A DNA stretch of 64,000 nt from Candidatus Gottesmanbacteria bacterium RIFCSPHIGHO2_02_FULL_39_11 (GTDB taxonomy: Bacteria; Patescibacteriota; Microgenomatia; 2-02-FULL-39-11): assembly GCA_001779195.1 (NCBI GenBank), contig MFJL01000014.1:9522-73521 (forward strand). Reading direction: 5' to 3'. Both the position numbers and the translations under genes were made by a program. Below the pieces are notes generated by a model. The model was given only the letters and a program-made list of their open reading frames with translations. It was not told the DNA's origin and ran no database searches. Of the stretch, positions 19,251 through 28,449 are shown piece after piece (the first letter of the stretch is position 1; each line of letters starts with the position of its first letter).

Positions 19251-19643
19251 TCACTGTAACTTATCTCTGTATTCTTCCCAGTTAGTCTTATCCCATATTT
19301 CAAAATGATCCCCGGCACCTATTACAAGCACACTCTCTTTCATTTCAGAACGTTTCACCATACGCTCTGGCATCACAAATCTTCCCTGTGAATCAAGTTT
19401 TATAATTTCAGCTTCAGAAAAAGTCTTTCTTCTGATATCCCGAGCCTCTTTGTCATAAAACACAGATCGAGATAATATATCTTTAGAACCTTCCTCCCAT
19501 TCTTTTTCTTTATAGCCGAGTACGCATTCCTCAAATCCTACCGTCAAAACAAAGCGCTCTCCTCCCAGTTCTTTTCTAATCTTAATTGGAAGCGCTATTC
19601 GATTCGTATCTGTAACATTTATCTCAAAAGTACCAAGAAACAT
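19251..19643 (-). CDS. mraZ: MraZ transcriptional regulator
   Basis: Motifs MFLG, DTNRIALP, LDSQGRFVMP and GAGDHFEIW; first gene of the dcw cluster. Confidence 0.95.
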   Translation of the reverse strand: MFLGTFEINVTDTNRIALPIKIRKELGGERFVLTVGFEECVLGYKEKEWEEGSKDILSRSVFYDKEARDIRRKTFSEAEIIKLDSQGRFVMPERMVKRSEMKESVLVIGAGDHFEIWDKTNWEEYRDKLQ

Positions 19644-19650
19644 ATAATTT

Positions 19651-19676
19651 CACCATTTACCACCATCTATTTCCAT
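19651..19676 (-). promoter_or_regulatory. Putative MraZ operator: three ATGG boxes at 10-bp spacing
   Basis: Minus strand reads ATGGAaatag-ATGGTggtaa-ATGGTg just upstream of the mraZ ATG. Known MraZ boxes are TGGGN-like repeats at 10-bp spacing. Confidence 0.7.
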
Positions 19677-19703
19677 ATTGCGACAGGAATTGTCATCTGT
19701 CAA
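19675..19703 (-). promoter_or_regulatory. Sigma70-like promoter of the dcw operon
   Basis: TTGACA (19703-19698), a 17-bp spacer, then CAATAT (19680-19675), overlapping the first MraZ box. Confidence 0.6.
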
Positions 19704-19783
19704 GAGGGGATCGTGAAAAGAAACGTGAAAAGTAAGACAGATGAGTAAAAAACCCTGGAAGCTATGAAGTTGTGAGAGATAAG

Positions 19784-20239
19784 CTAACCTTGAATGGAAT
19801 AAGATTTCCTAAAGACTTTAGGTCCGTCTAGTGTATTAAACTTTAAGGAAAGATCAACGGAGGTAACACCCGCATCCACTACGCAATGTCCGCTTGAGCA
19901 GGTACCCAAAGTAATATCATCGCGGCTGATAGTTTTCTTTCCTTCTGTTGTAATTTTTCCCAAAACTCCCCGGGGAATTCCGGATCCGGTCATATACGAA
20001 ATTTCATATTCAATGGTATCTACATCAGAGGGAACATTGTCAATTGAAAGTTTTACTGCTTTTCCTCCGTTTACCGGAGTTAAATCCACTTCAACATCTG
20101 AGGATATGGTAGGAAGAGCAACTGTCGGAGTAGGAATATCCTCTATTTCCGCAGGCTCTGAACTTCCTTTACGGGTAAACGCGAATACCCCTCCTCCAAC
20201 TACTAATAAGATAAAAACTGCAATGATTACTTTTTTCAT
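19784..20239 (-). CDS. Hypothetical membrane-anchored/exported protein
   Basis: MKK followed by a hydrophobic helix, a PTPT linker and a beta-rich domain containing LGTCSSGHC. Confidence 0.8.
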   Translation of the reverse strand: MKKVIIAVFILLVVGGGVFAFTRKGSSEPAEIEDIPTPTVALPTISSDVEVDLTPVNGGKAVKLSIDNVPSDVDTIEYEISYMTGSGIPRGVLGKITTEGKKTISRDDITLGTCSSGHCVVDAGVTSVDLSLKFNTLDGPKVFRKSYSIQG

Positions 20240-20251
20240 AAATATTTTTTA

Positions 20252-20364
20252 TGTCATCCCGGACTTGATCCGAGATCCATCATCGGCTTACTAATTGCCT
20301 ATCATAGATTCCCGCCTTCCCATAAAAACTCTAACGAGTTTTCAGGGTAAACGCGGGAATGACA
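20252..20364. repeat. Palindromic MITE/REP-like element with a nested hairpin
   Basis: Imperfect terminal inverted repeats TGTCATCCCG / CGGGAATGACA. Internal hairpins include ATCCCGGA-CTTGA-TCCGAGAT, ATTCCCGC...GCGGGAAT and AAAACTC-TAAC-GAGTTTT. Confidence 0.75.
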
Positions 20365-20402
20365 ATATATCCATATTTACATACGCCAGGATAATAATCA
20401 AA

Positions 20403-21797
20403 TTATTCTTTCAGTCTTTTCTGAAAATAGGCTGACAAATTGCTTATTTTTATTCTCTGTTGAGTTGCGGTATCTCTTTCTCTTACCGTCACTGTCTCAT
20501 CCTCCAAACTTTGATAATCAATCGTCACACACCAGGGAGTTCCCACTTCATCCTGTGCAAAATATCTTTTTCCTATGTTTCCCCTGGCATCCCAGTTTGT
20601 TTTAATTCCTTGTTTTTTAAGTTTGTGATAAATTTCCCGGGCCTTTGATACAACATTTTCCTTATTGGCAATAAGAGGAAATACAGCAACTGTGTAAGGG
20701 GCGAGGCTTGGCTTAAGGGCAAGATAAATTCTATTACCGTCTTCCCGGTATCCATCGGCTAATATCATAAGAAAAATCCGGTTTATCCCGACCGCCGGCT
20801 CAATCACGTGGGGAATAAACTTTTTCCCGGAGACAGAATCCACATATTCCAAACTCATTCCTGAATGCTTCATATGCTGCTTCAGATCATAATCTGTCCG
20901 GTAGGCAATACCCCACAGTTCTTTCCATCCAAATGGAAATTCAAAATCCAAATCATACGTGTCGCGGCTATAATGACTTCTTTCCTTATCTGTATGCTGA
21001 CGAAACCGAAGTTTAGATTTATCTATACCTAATGTATCGGTTACAAACTTCCACATATCATCTTTCCACTTATTCATAAGGTTTTTCCACTCTGTCGTGT
21101 CCGGATCAAAAAAATACTCAATCTCCGCCTGCTCCAGCTCCAGAGTTCTAAATATAAATTGACCCGAGGTTATTTCATTTCTGAAAGATTTTCCAATTTG
21201 TCCGATCCCGAAAGGAAGTTTTACACGGCTTGAATCCAGAACATTTTTAAAGTTGGTAAAAATTCCCTGAGCTGTCTCTCCCCGCAGATAGAGGATTGAT
21301 TTTTCGCCTTCAACAACCCCCATTTTTGTTTCAAAAAGAAGATTGAATTTCTTAGGTTCTGTAATTTCATTCCCTTCCGGACTTTTAATCTTATTTTTTG
21401 CAATAAAAGTGGCCATCTCAATAACAAGCAAATTCTCAACCTTAAATCCCGGTTCAACACTTTCCGGATGCTTGCCTATCCACTCTTCTATCAAATGATC
21501 TGCCCGGTATCTTTTATGAGTTTTTTTGTCCTCAACAACCGGGTCTGTAAACGACGCAACATGTCCTGAGGCTATCCACGTGGTCGGATGAAGAAGAATC
21601 TGGGTATCAATCCCGACCATATCATCCCGATTGTTAATAAATGTCTCCCACCAGAGATTCCGTATGTTTCTCAAAAGCTCAGCTCCCATTGGGCCGTAGT
21701 CATATGAACTGGCCAGTCCTCCATATATTTCGCTTGTGGGATAAACAAACCCCCGTCTTTTACACAGAGATACAATTTTATCCATAAGATTTTCCAT
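20403..21797 (-). CDS. glyS: Glycine--tRNA ligase, homodimeric (alpha2) type
   Basis: Motifs LCKRRGF, YDYGPMG, YLRGETAQGIF, FRNEI, WGIAYRTDYDL, VIEPAVG and IGKRY. The ATG at 21797 is preferred over the TTG at 21827. Confidence 0.96.
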   Translation of the reverse strand: MENLMDKIVSLCKRRGFVYPTSEIYGGLASSYDYGPMGAELLRNIRNLWWETFINNRDDMVGIDTQILLHPTTWIASGHVASFTDPVVEDKKTHKRYRADHLIEEWIGKHPESVEPGFKVENLLVIEMATFIAKNKIKSPEGNEITEPKKFNLLFETKMGVVEGEKSILYLRGETAQGIFTNFKNVLDSSRVKLPFGIGQIGKSFRNEITSGQFIFRTLELEQAEIEYFFDPDTTEWKNLMNKWKDDMWKFVTDTLGIDKSKLRFRQHTDKERSHYSRDTYDLDFEFPFGWKELWGIAYRTDYDLKQHMKHSGMSLEYVDSVSGKKFIPHVIEPAVGINRIFLMILADGYREDGNRIYLALKPSLAPYTVAVFPLIANKENVVSKAREIYHKLKKQGIKTNWDARGNIGKRYFAQDEVGTPWCVTIDYQSLEDETVTVRERDTATQQRIKISNLSAYFQKRLKE

Positions 21798-21847
21798 AAG
21801 TGGCGAAAAAACTTTTAATGACCTCAAGTTTTTTTACTATAATAGTC

Positions 21848-22405
21848 TTAACTAACCCGTGTCAAGAGAGAACTGCTGGATAGGTTTCTCTCAAGTACTC
21901 CCCTTAGGTAGTTTTCCAACTCGTCTCCCGTCATTATTTTTCCCGGAGCTAAATATCCCATTTCCCTAAGAAAAGACAGGGAAAATTGTTCTGATATTGC
22001 CTGAGCCAGTTCCGGATTTTTATCCAGATCCTTAAAGGATCTTTCCAATAAATAAAAAACCGAAGGATATACTTCTTTCTCTGCACAGAGTTTATCAACG
22101 AGTTCAACCAAATGATAGGCATGTGCAACTACGGGGAGATTTGTTTTGAGACACGGATACGTTTCAACTGTCTGAGCTTCCGTAACAATTGAAAATGTTT
22201 TGCCACTCACAATATAGAGAGAAACTTTATTAAAAACTTCCATATGGGGAGATTTTCTGCTGGTAATCTTCCGTATACCTTTTGCTAAAACTACAAGTTT
22301 CCCGTGATATTTGGTAAAAATCGTGATGATCCGGTCCGCCTCACCGTAATTTTTTTTCTTCAGAATAAATCCCTCTGTTTTATAACTTCTTGCGCGGTAA
22401 CCCAT
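21848..22405 (-). CDS. recO: DNA repair protein RecO
   Basis: Motifs EGFILK, YGEADRIITIFT..HGK and AKGIRKITSR; adjacent to glyS. Confidence 0.93.
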   Translation of the reverse strand: MGYRARSYKTEGFILKKKNYGEADRIITIFTKYHGKLVVLAKGIRKITSRKSPHMEVFNKVSLYIVSGKTFSIVTEAQTVETYPCLKTNLPVVAHAYHLVELVDKLCAEKEVYPSVFYLLERSFKDLDKNPELAQAISEQFSLSFLREMGYLAPGKIMTGDELENYLRGVLERNLSSSSLLTRVS

Positions 22406-22419
22406 GAGGAAATAAAAAA

Positions 22420-24348
22420 TTAATACCTAAGCGTTAGCATCTGATCAGTCAGAAGTGGAATTTTAGCTTTTTCCCCTCCGTTAATAAGGACGGTATATTC
22501 AGGATTATCCGTTCCGGGCTGTTTCTGAATAAGAAGTTTATAGATACCGTTTTTTTGATCTATTTTAGGCAAATTATATTTAACAATTACCTCTGCAGAT
22601 CCCAAAGGTTTGACCGTCATAAAACCTTCAAAAACAGTTTTACCCAGTTCATCATACGTGACGGTTTCTTTTTCTGATCCTTTAAAATCAACTAACGTTG
22701 CGCCTTTTGGAACATACAGTCTTATCCAATTTCTCAGAATTCCGTTTAGACACAACTGACCGGCTTCCAAATTGCAGTTACTTGCTGGGGAGGGGTTTTT
22801 ATAGCTTATAGTTACTGTCTTGGTAGCTGTCCCATCGCCGTTTATTTGTATTTCGTCTTTAACGGACGTTTTTACAAAAAGGTTGGATTTAGCCCCTGCT
22901 AAATTTACATTGGATATATGAAGATAATCTCCCTCTCCCGACTTGATTCTTCCTCCAAAGTTAAGCGCCTCAATACCTTTTTGCGCATCGCGATTGTTAA
23001 AGTAAAAAAGTACATGCTTTTCTTGCGTTTCGTCCAAAAACGTCTGCATCAGAGGTCCCCAATATTTAGAAGGAGATACTCCTAATGCTCTTTGAAGAAT
23101 CTGGTACATGAGAACACTTATAATATCTTTTCTGTCTTCGCGAACATAATTTACTGGCCTGCTTGAATAGTCCTCGAGCTCATAAATTGCTTTTGGACAA
23201 TCGCACCGTTTATCAAGTACGGCTGAAAATGTCCGTCCGTATATAGTAAAGTCTCCCAGTATTTTTATTGTTGAAGCAAGAACATGGGTATCCAGAGCAA
23301 TTATTCCGTCATATTCGGGAAAACTAGGTACAGACTGGGAAACCATATCCGTAAACTGTTTCATGGATTCCTTGTAATCAGGTGAAAGATTACTATCCCG
23401 AAGCTCCAGATTGGTCACATTGATGTGGTATTTAAGTAAAGGACGTGGCGCGGGAAATTTTTTATTTTTGCTCTCATCTAGCTTGTAAATATCATCCGCT
23501 TTCTCAACTTTTAATTTTCCTTTATCAACACTAAATATCCCGTATGCCGTTATAAATCCCCCGGTTGCACGAAGTTCTGCGTCGTTTTGAAAAAGAATCA
23601 GGTATTTTTTACTCTCCCGCACACCCATAAGCTCGGGCAGTTTTTTAAGAAGAGGTTGTGCTTCTACAAAAAGGGATGCGGTACTCTTAAAAAGATCCTT
23701 GCCGGTTCTAAGCTGTTCCCGAACAACGGTATTTCCGATTTTTTCAGGATATTTATCTATATTTACCTGTTCAAGTTCGCGATCAGCAAGAGCTATTTTA
23801 CTTCCGATTTTGTCTACATTCGGAGTCATTTTATCCAATGTCTCAACCGCAGTTTTTATCCGGTCATCTGCGGATCCTGACACAAACGTGGACTTCCCCT
23901 TTAGCCCCAAAAGATCCGAGTAAGGCAGGATGGTCTCAACTGATATTTTTCCGGCTTGGGTGGTTGCAATACCCGCTTTTATAAAATGGTCGGCATCTCC
24001 TACATATCCCCCCAGGAAGGGTACTGCCCTTAGAAAAAGAATCTTATTTACATTTGTCTGCATGGTATTTAAACTGGTTTCCAGTTCTTTAAGTTTGGCA
24101 TCTGAGGTTACCAAATCCTGTGATTTAGCCGCCGCAGCAAGTTCTTTCCCGATTCGCGTGGTTTTTTGGGCGGAGAGATACAGTTCTTTGACCGGGGAAT
24201 AAATGACGACTCCTAAAACAAGCAGAAGAATTAAAAACAAACCCACAACGATACTGACCCATTTAATAATCGGATGATTTTTTTTGGATTTTACTTTTTT
24301 TCCCCTCTCGGTTTGAATTACATTTATTTTTTTAAATCCCGCACTCAT
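22420..24348 (-). CDS. DUF4012-domain membrane-anchored surface protein
   Basis: N-terminal TM helix, helical stalk, YLILFQNDAELRATGGFI, RDSNLSPD and IQKQPG. Confidence 0.8.
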   Translation of the reverse strand: MSAGFKKINVIQTERGKKVKSKKNHPIIKWVSIVVGLFLILLLVLGVVIYSPVKELYLSAQKTTRIGKELAAAAKSQDLVTSDAKLKELETSLNTMQTNVNKILFLRAVPFLGGYVGDADHFIKAGIATTQAGKISVETILPYSDLLGLKGKSTFVSGSADDRIKTAVETLDKMTPNVDKIGSKIALADRELEQVNIDKYPEKIGNTVVREQLRTGKDLFKSTASLFVEAQPLLKKLPELMGVRESKKYLILFQNDAELRATGGFITAYGIFSVDKGKLKVEKADDIYKLDESKNKKFPAPRPLLKYHINVTNLELRDSNLSPDYKESMKQFTDMVSQSVPSFPEYDGIIALDTHVLASTIKILGDFTIYGRTFSAVLDKRCDCPKAIYELEDYSSRPVNYVREDRKDIISVLMYQILQRALGVSPSKYWGPLMQTFLDETQEKHVLFYFNNRDAQKGIEALNFGGRIKSGEGDYLHISNVNLAGAKSNLFVKTSVKDEIQINGDGTATKTVTISYKNPSPASNCNLEAGQLCLNGILRNWIRLYVPKGATLVDFKGSEKETVTYDELGKTVFEGFMTVKPLGSAEVIVKYNLPKIDQKNGIYKLLIQKQPGTDNPEYTVLINGGEKAKIPLLTDQMLTLRY

Positions 24349-24364
24349 ATAATATGTTGAGCTT

Positions 24365-25024
24365 TTACACGGCTCCCTTACCGCTAATCATTGCCCAAGG
24401 AGTTTTTAAAAGTATCTTAATATCATACCACATGGACCGTCGTTTTACGTAATCAGCATCCATCGCGATTCTTTTATCAAAATTTACTTCGCTTCGTCCG
24501 GATACCTGCCAATATCCGGTAATTCCGGGACGGATGGAAAGCACCTCGCCGACAAGCTCCCGTGTGTTGGGATATTTTTTTTGCTGATTTTCAAGTTCGT
24601 CCGGATAGTAAGCACGGGGTCCTACAATACTCATTTCCCCTCTTAATACGTTAATAAGTTGGGGAATCTCATCCAGAGAATGCCGTCTCATAATTTTTCC
24701 GATGACAGTTACCCGGGGATCTTCTTTTAATTTATAACTGTTTTTTTTGTACTGCTCATATAGATTTTTCATTTTGGGATCATTCCGCAAAATGGTATGA
24801 GCATGCTCGATCATGGAGCGGAATTTATACATCTTAAAAAGCTTCCCTTTTTTACCCACCCTCTCAGGGGTATCCGCAAATACGGGCCCCGGTGAATTAA
24901 GTTTGATGGCAACAGCCAGAAAAAGACCGATCGGAGAAAATAACAAAAGGAGAAGAGAGGCAACAGCAATATCTACCAGTCTTTTGAATGTGGAATCGTA
25001 GTTTTCACCGTGAAAAAGAACCAT
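24365..25024 (-). CDS. Polyprenyl-phosphate priming sugar transferase (WcaJ/WbaP/CpsE catalytic domain)
   Basis: Motifs KRLVDI, KFRSM, DPRVT, SLDEIPQLINVLRGEMSIVGPR and PGITGYWQVSGRS. Confidence 0.95.
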   Translation of the reverse strand: MVLFHGENYDSTFKRLVDIAVASLLLLLFSPIGLFLAVAIKLNSPGPVFADTPERVGKKGKLFKMYKFRSMIEHAHTILRNDPKMKNLYEQYKKNSYKLKEDPRVTVIGKIMRRHSLDEIPQLINVLRGEMSIVGPRAYYPDELENQQKKYPNTRELVGEVLSIRPGITGYWQVSGRSEVNFDKRIAMDADYVKRRSMWYDIKILLKTPWAMISGKGAV

Positions 25025-25048
25025 TATAAGAATGTTTTTGAGAAATTT

Positions 25049-26131
25049 TTAAACGAGATTTTCATTTTCAGAGTCCGCAAGGTTTTCGACAAGCTTTTTT
25101 ATCTTAGGAACTGAGTTTTTATTGCATACCAGAACCACATCATGGGTATTAATAACAATATACCCATCCAGATCAATTGCAACTACCATTTGGTCAGTAT
25201 AGTTATACACAAGATCATCCTCACAATCCGTCAGAAGTACTTTTCCCCGCGTCACATTTTGGTTTGGAGAAGTCTGCAGAGCCTCTTTTAAGGCCTCCCA
25301 CGCACCTACATCGCTCCATCCTAAATCTTCTGAAAGAACAACAGCGTTTTGTGAATTAATTTTTTCAAGAATGGCGTTATCAAATGAGATTTTCTTAAGA
25401 GTTGGATAAATCTCCGCAAGAACTTTCTGGTAGTTATCAGTACCTACGCTTTCATATATCTTTTTAAGACCGAGAAACATTTCCGGCTGATGCGTCTGAA
25501 ATAGCTTCCAGATAAATGAGGGGGTAGTTACAAAATATCCCAGATTCCATGCATGATTTCCGCTTTTGAAATACTTTTCCGCATCAACCGGGTTTGGACG
25601 GTACGAAAAATTTTGAAATGAGTGAAAATTGAATCCGTTTATTTTAAATTCTGCGGCTCCGTACTCAATCCACCCCAGATTTTGGCTTGCAAACCGGGGA
25701 GACTGACTGATAAATATAATTTTGTCCGGATTTTGTTTTATGTATTCCTCCGAAACTTTCAGAATATTTTTAAATAGGTCGTTTTTCTTAATGAGGTGAT
25801 CGCTCCATAAAATTACCATCGGAGTTTTGGGGTCTTTTTTTAAGAGATTAGCAATTACTAAACCAACCGCCGGACCAACATCCCGCATGGCGGGCTCTCC
25901 GATGACGTTTTTGGGAGGAAGACTGGAAAGCTGAGAAGTAACCATGGACAGGTACCTCTCCCCGGTACCGATATAAATATCTTCCCACTTAAAATCAGGA
26001 AGAAGTCTCTCAACGGCAAGCTGGAGAGTTGATTTATCTCCAATCACCTTTTCAAATTGCTTAGGTGAATGGCGCCTTGAGAGAGGCCACAAACGGGTCC
26101 CTACCCCTCCCGCAAAAATAACTGCTTTCAT
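25049..26131 (-). CDS. manC: Mannose-1-phosphate guanylyltransferase (no C-terminal cupin domain)
   Basis: Motifs AGGVGTRLWPLSR..PKQF, WSDH, ISFDNAILEK and WSDVGAW. Confidence 0.92.
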   Translation of the reverse strand: MKAVIFAGGVGTRLWPLSRRHSPKQFEKVIGDKSTLQLAVERLLPDFKWEDIYIGTGERYLSMVTSQLSSLPPKNVIGEPAMRDVGPAVGLVIANLLKKDPKTPMVILWSDHLIKKNDLFKNILKVSEEYIKQNPDKIIFISQSPRFASQNLGWIEYGAAEFKINGFNFHSFQNFSYRPNPVDAEKYFKSGNHAWNLGYFVTTPSFIWKLFQTHQPEMFLGLKKIYESVGTDNYQKVLAEIYPTLKKISFDNAILEKINSQNAVVLSEDLGWSDVGAWEALKEALQTSPNQNVTRGKVLLTDCEDDLVYNYTDQMVVAIDLDGYIVINTHDVVLVCNKNSVPKIKKLVENLADSENENLV

Positions 26132-26166
26132 ATTGCTATGCTCTGGTGAAAAAACTTTTAATAAAC

Positions 26167-27303
26167 CTAATTTTTTTTACTATCTTTCCTATAATTTTCG
26201 TAATTTAATTCAACCGTCTGCCTTATACGGGACTTAAATATAGTTTCTGCGAAACGGGCTGCACTGCCTCTGCAGTTTTCTGATGAATACTTTGCCGGGT
26301 TAAACCGTTTTAACTGAACTGCTAAATCACGCACATGGGCTGACTCGTACATTTCTCCTGTGACACCCGGTATTACGGTTTCCTCAAGTCCCCCCTTTTT
26401 GAGTCCCAAAACGGGTTTTCCGCAGCTTTGAGCCTCAACTGCTGTTATGCCAAAATCTTCTTCGCCGGGAAAAATGAGGCAAAGGCTATTTTGATAGTAC
26501 CAGGCAAGCTGTTCATCTGTCAAACGGTTCGTTAAAAATTGGATTGTCGGGCCGGCCCGTAACATAAGATGTCTTCGGTCAATCCCGTCCCCTATAATTA
26601 TAAGCTTCTTTTTAAGAATATTGCAGGCATCTATTGCATAATCTATTCTTTTATAGGGAACCAAACGGGAAACAATCAGAAAATAATCTTCTTTTCCAGA
26701 TTTAGGAGCGACGCTGAATTGCTGCGTATTAACCGGAGGATATACAACGCTGCTCTCTCTCTTGTAGTACTTTCTAATTCTTTGGGACACGGTTTGAGAA
26801 ATTGCGATATAAGAGTCAGGTCTCTGGGCATATATAAAATCGTTTCTTCTTTGGGAGGGAATCACCATTCTGAGTGCAGTACGCGCCAACGGATTTACAT
26901 AGGAAAAACCGGGCTTATCAACGTAGATTTCAAATCCGCTCCACAGATACCGCGTAGGAGTAAGACAGTAACAAATATGCAAAGTACCCGGTTTTGTAAC
27001 TATTCTCTTTCCGTATGAAGACGTGATTGAAATAACTATATTATATTCATCAAAAGAAAAAGATTCGGATGATAAGGGAGATAAAAATGAATAACAAGAA
27101 GGATGTGCTGAAGCAAAGGGAAGCGTTTGAACATAAGAGGGAATAATCTTAAGGGTGGATGTCCAGGGAGTATTTTTCTTGTTATATACTGTTGTAAAAA
27201 TAGGAGCATCCGGCCATATACTGGAAAGAGATGTCAAAATTCTCTCCGCTCCTCCGAATTTGGTAATTTTATCATAAAAAAAAGCAATTCTGTACGAACT
27301 CAT
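26167..27303 (-). CDS. GT4 glycosyltransferase (WbaZ-like mannosyltransferase)
   Basis: Motifs GGAER, YCLTPTRYLW, SRLVPYKRID and EDFGITAVEA. Confidence 0.9.
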   Translation of the reverse strand: MSSYRIAFFYDKITKFGGAERILTSLSSIWPDAPIFTTVYNKKNTPWTSTLKIIPSYVQTLPFASAHPSCYSFLSPLSSESFSFDEYNIVISITSSYGKRIVTKPGTLHICYCLTPTRYLWSGFEIYVDKPGFSYVNPLARTALRMVIPSQRRNDFIYAQRPDSYIAISQTVSQRIRKYYKRESSVVYPPVNTQQFSVAPKSGKEDYFLIVSRLVPYKRIDYAIDACNILKKKLIIIGDGIDRRHLMLRAGPTIQFLTNRLTDEQLAWYYQNSLCLIFPGEEDFGITAVEAQSCGKPVLGLKKGGLEETVIPGVTGEMYESAHVRDLAVQLKRFNPAKYSSENCRGSAARFAETIFKSRIRQTVELNYENYRKDSKKN

Positions 27304-27312
27304 AATAAGGGG

Positions 27313-28449
27313 TTAACTTCCTGCAATCTGCTGGTAAATTTTAAGGGTTTGATGTGCGGTTTTTTTAAAACTGAATCTGTCAATATTTTTTTTAGCTTGA
27401 ATTACTCTTTTTTTATATTCCTCATCCTTCAGACTTAAAGCATTTTTTAATACCTGGGCCATGCTTTCCTTTTTACTTGGATCGAAATAGAGTAAATCAC
27501 CCTTCCAAATTTCGCGAAATACAGGAATGTCTGAAACAACGGGCAAAACACCACAGGAAAGCGCCTCAAATGTAGGAAGTCCGAATCCTTCCATAAGAGA
27601 AGGAAAAACCAAAAGCTTAGCATATTTATAAAGACTTAATAATTGAGAATCATTTGCAAGACCGTAAAAAATTACAGAATCCTGTAAAGATAATTTTTGT
27701 GCAAAGTGAGAAAGCCTTGGATAAAAAAAAGAGTCATCACCTGCAAGTACCAGCTTAATTTTTTTATTTTTAATAAGAAGTTTGAATGCTTCCAAAAGTT
27801 TTTCTAAATTTTTATGAGGATAGGCATTTCCGACATATAAGATATAGGGCATGGAGAAAATAGGTTTGACATTTTTTTGTGAGGAGACTAATGATTTAAA
27901 ATGCTCATCAAGAGCATCATAAGTAACCTCAATTTTGGATGGATTGACTCCGTAATGATCCATAACCTCTTTTTTTGTAGTTTCAGAGATAGTAGTAATA
28001 AAACTTGCATTTCTGATTCCCTGAGAAAGAGAGACTTGGTATCCAAATCTTTTAAGCCGGTACAAAGGATACGCAAGTGTACTTGCCCGCCCGGTATTAA
28101 AATGATCCAAAATAAGGTCATGAATTGTCAAAAGATATCTCCCGCGATAAAAAATAGGCACGTTAAAATAAGGAAAATGAGCAACTGTTACTTTATCTTT
28201 TTTTAAAACGCTTGGAATAACTATCTGTTCTTTAACTCCGTGCCAGGGAAGGTCAACAAGACGTTTAACAAACTGAGATGAAGGAGGAACAAATTCTTCA
28301 AATTCCTTTTTCCGAAGATATATGTAATATTCATTACCTGAAGGAATTTTAGATAATTCCAGTATCAGGTTTCTGATATATCTTCCCACTCCCGTTTGAT
28401 AATAAAGTCTCGAGTCAATTCCGATTCTCATTCCTCTATTATAGTTCAC
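27313..28449 (-). CDS. GT4 glycosyltransferase (MtfB-like)
   Basis: Motifs IGIDSR, TGVGRY, TIHDL, YPHKN and EGFGLPTFEA. The first ATG overlaps the argG stop; an alternative start lies at 28431. Confidence 0.92.
   Translation of the reverse strand: MNYNRGMRIGIDSRLYYQTGVGRYIRNLILELSKIPSGNEYYIYLRKKEFEEFVPPSSQFVKRLVDLPWHGVKEQIVIPSVLKKDKVTVAHFPYFNVPIFYRGRYLLTIHDLILDHFNTGRASTLAYPLYRLKRFGYQVSLSQGIRNASFITTISETTKKEVMDHYGVNPSKIEVTYDALDEHFKSLVSSQKNVKPIFSMPYILYVGNAYPHKNLEKLLEAFKLLIKNKKIKLVLAGDDSFFYPRLSHFAQKLSLQDSVIFYGLANDSQLLSLYKYAKLLVFPSLMEGFGLPTFEALSCGVLPVVSDIPVFREIWKGDLLYFDPSKKESMAQVLKNALSLKDEEYKKRVIQAKKNIDRFSFKKTAHQTLKIYQQIAGS

Noticed and set aside
20013-20294. ORF ending ...YVIPDLIRDPSSAY
   Set aside because: It is antisense to a real gene, and its tail is just the translation of the palindromic repeat.
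21798-21847. Gly T-box upstream of glyS
   Set aside because: The spacer is only 50 bp and has no TGGNACC motif.
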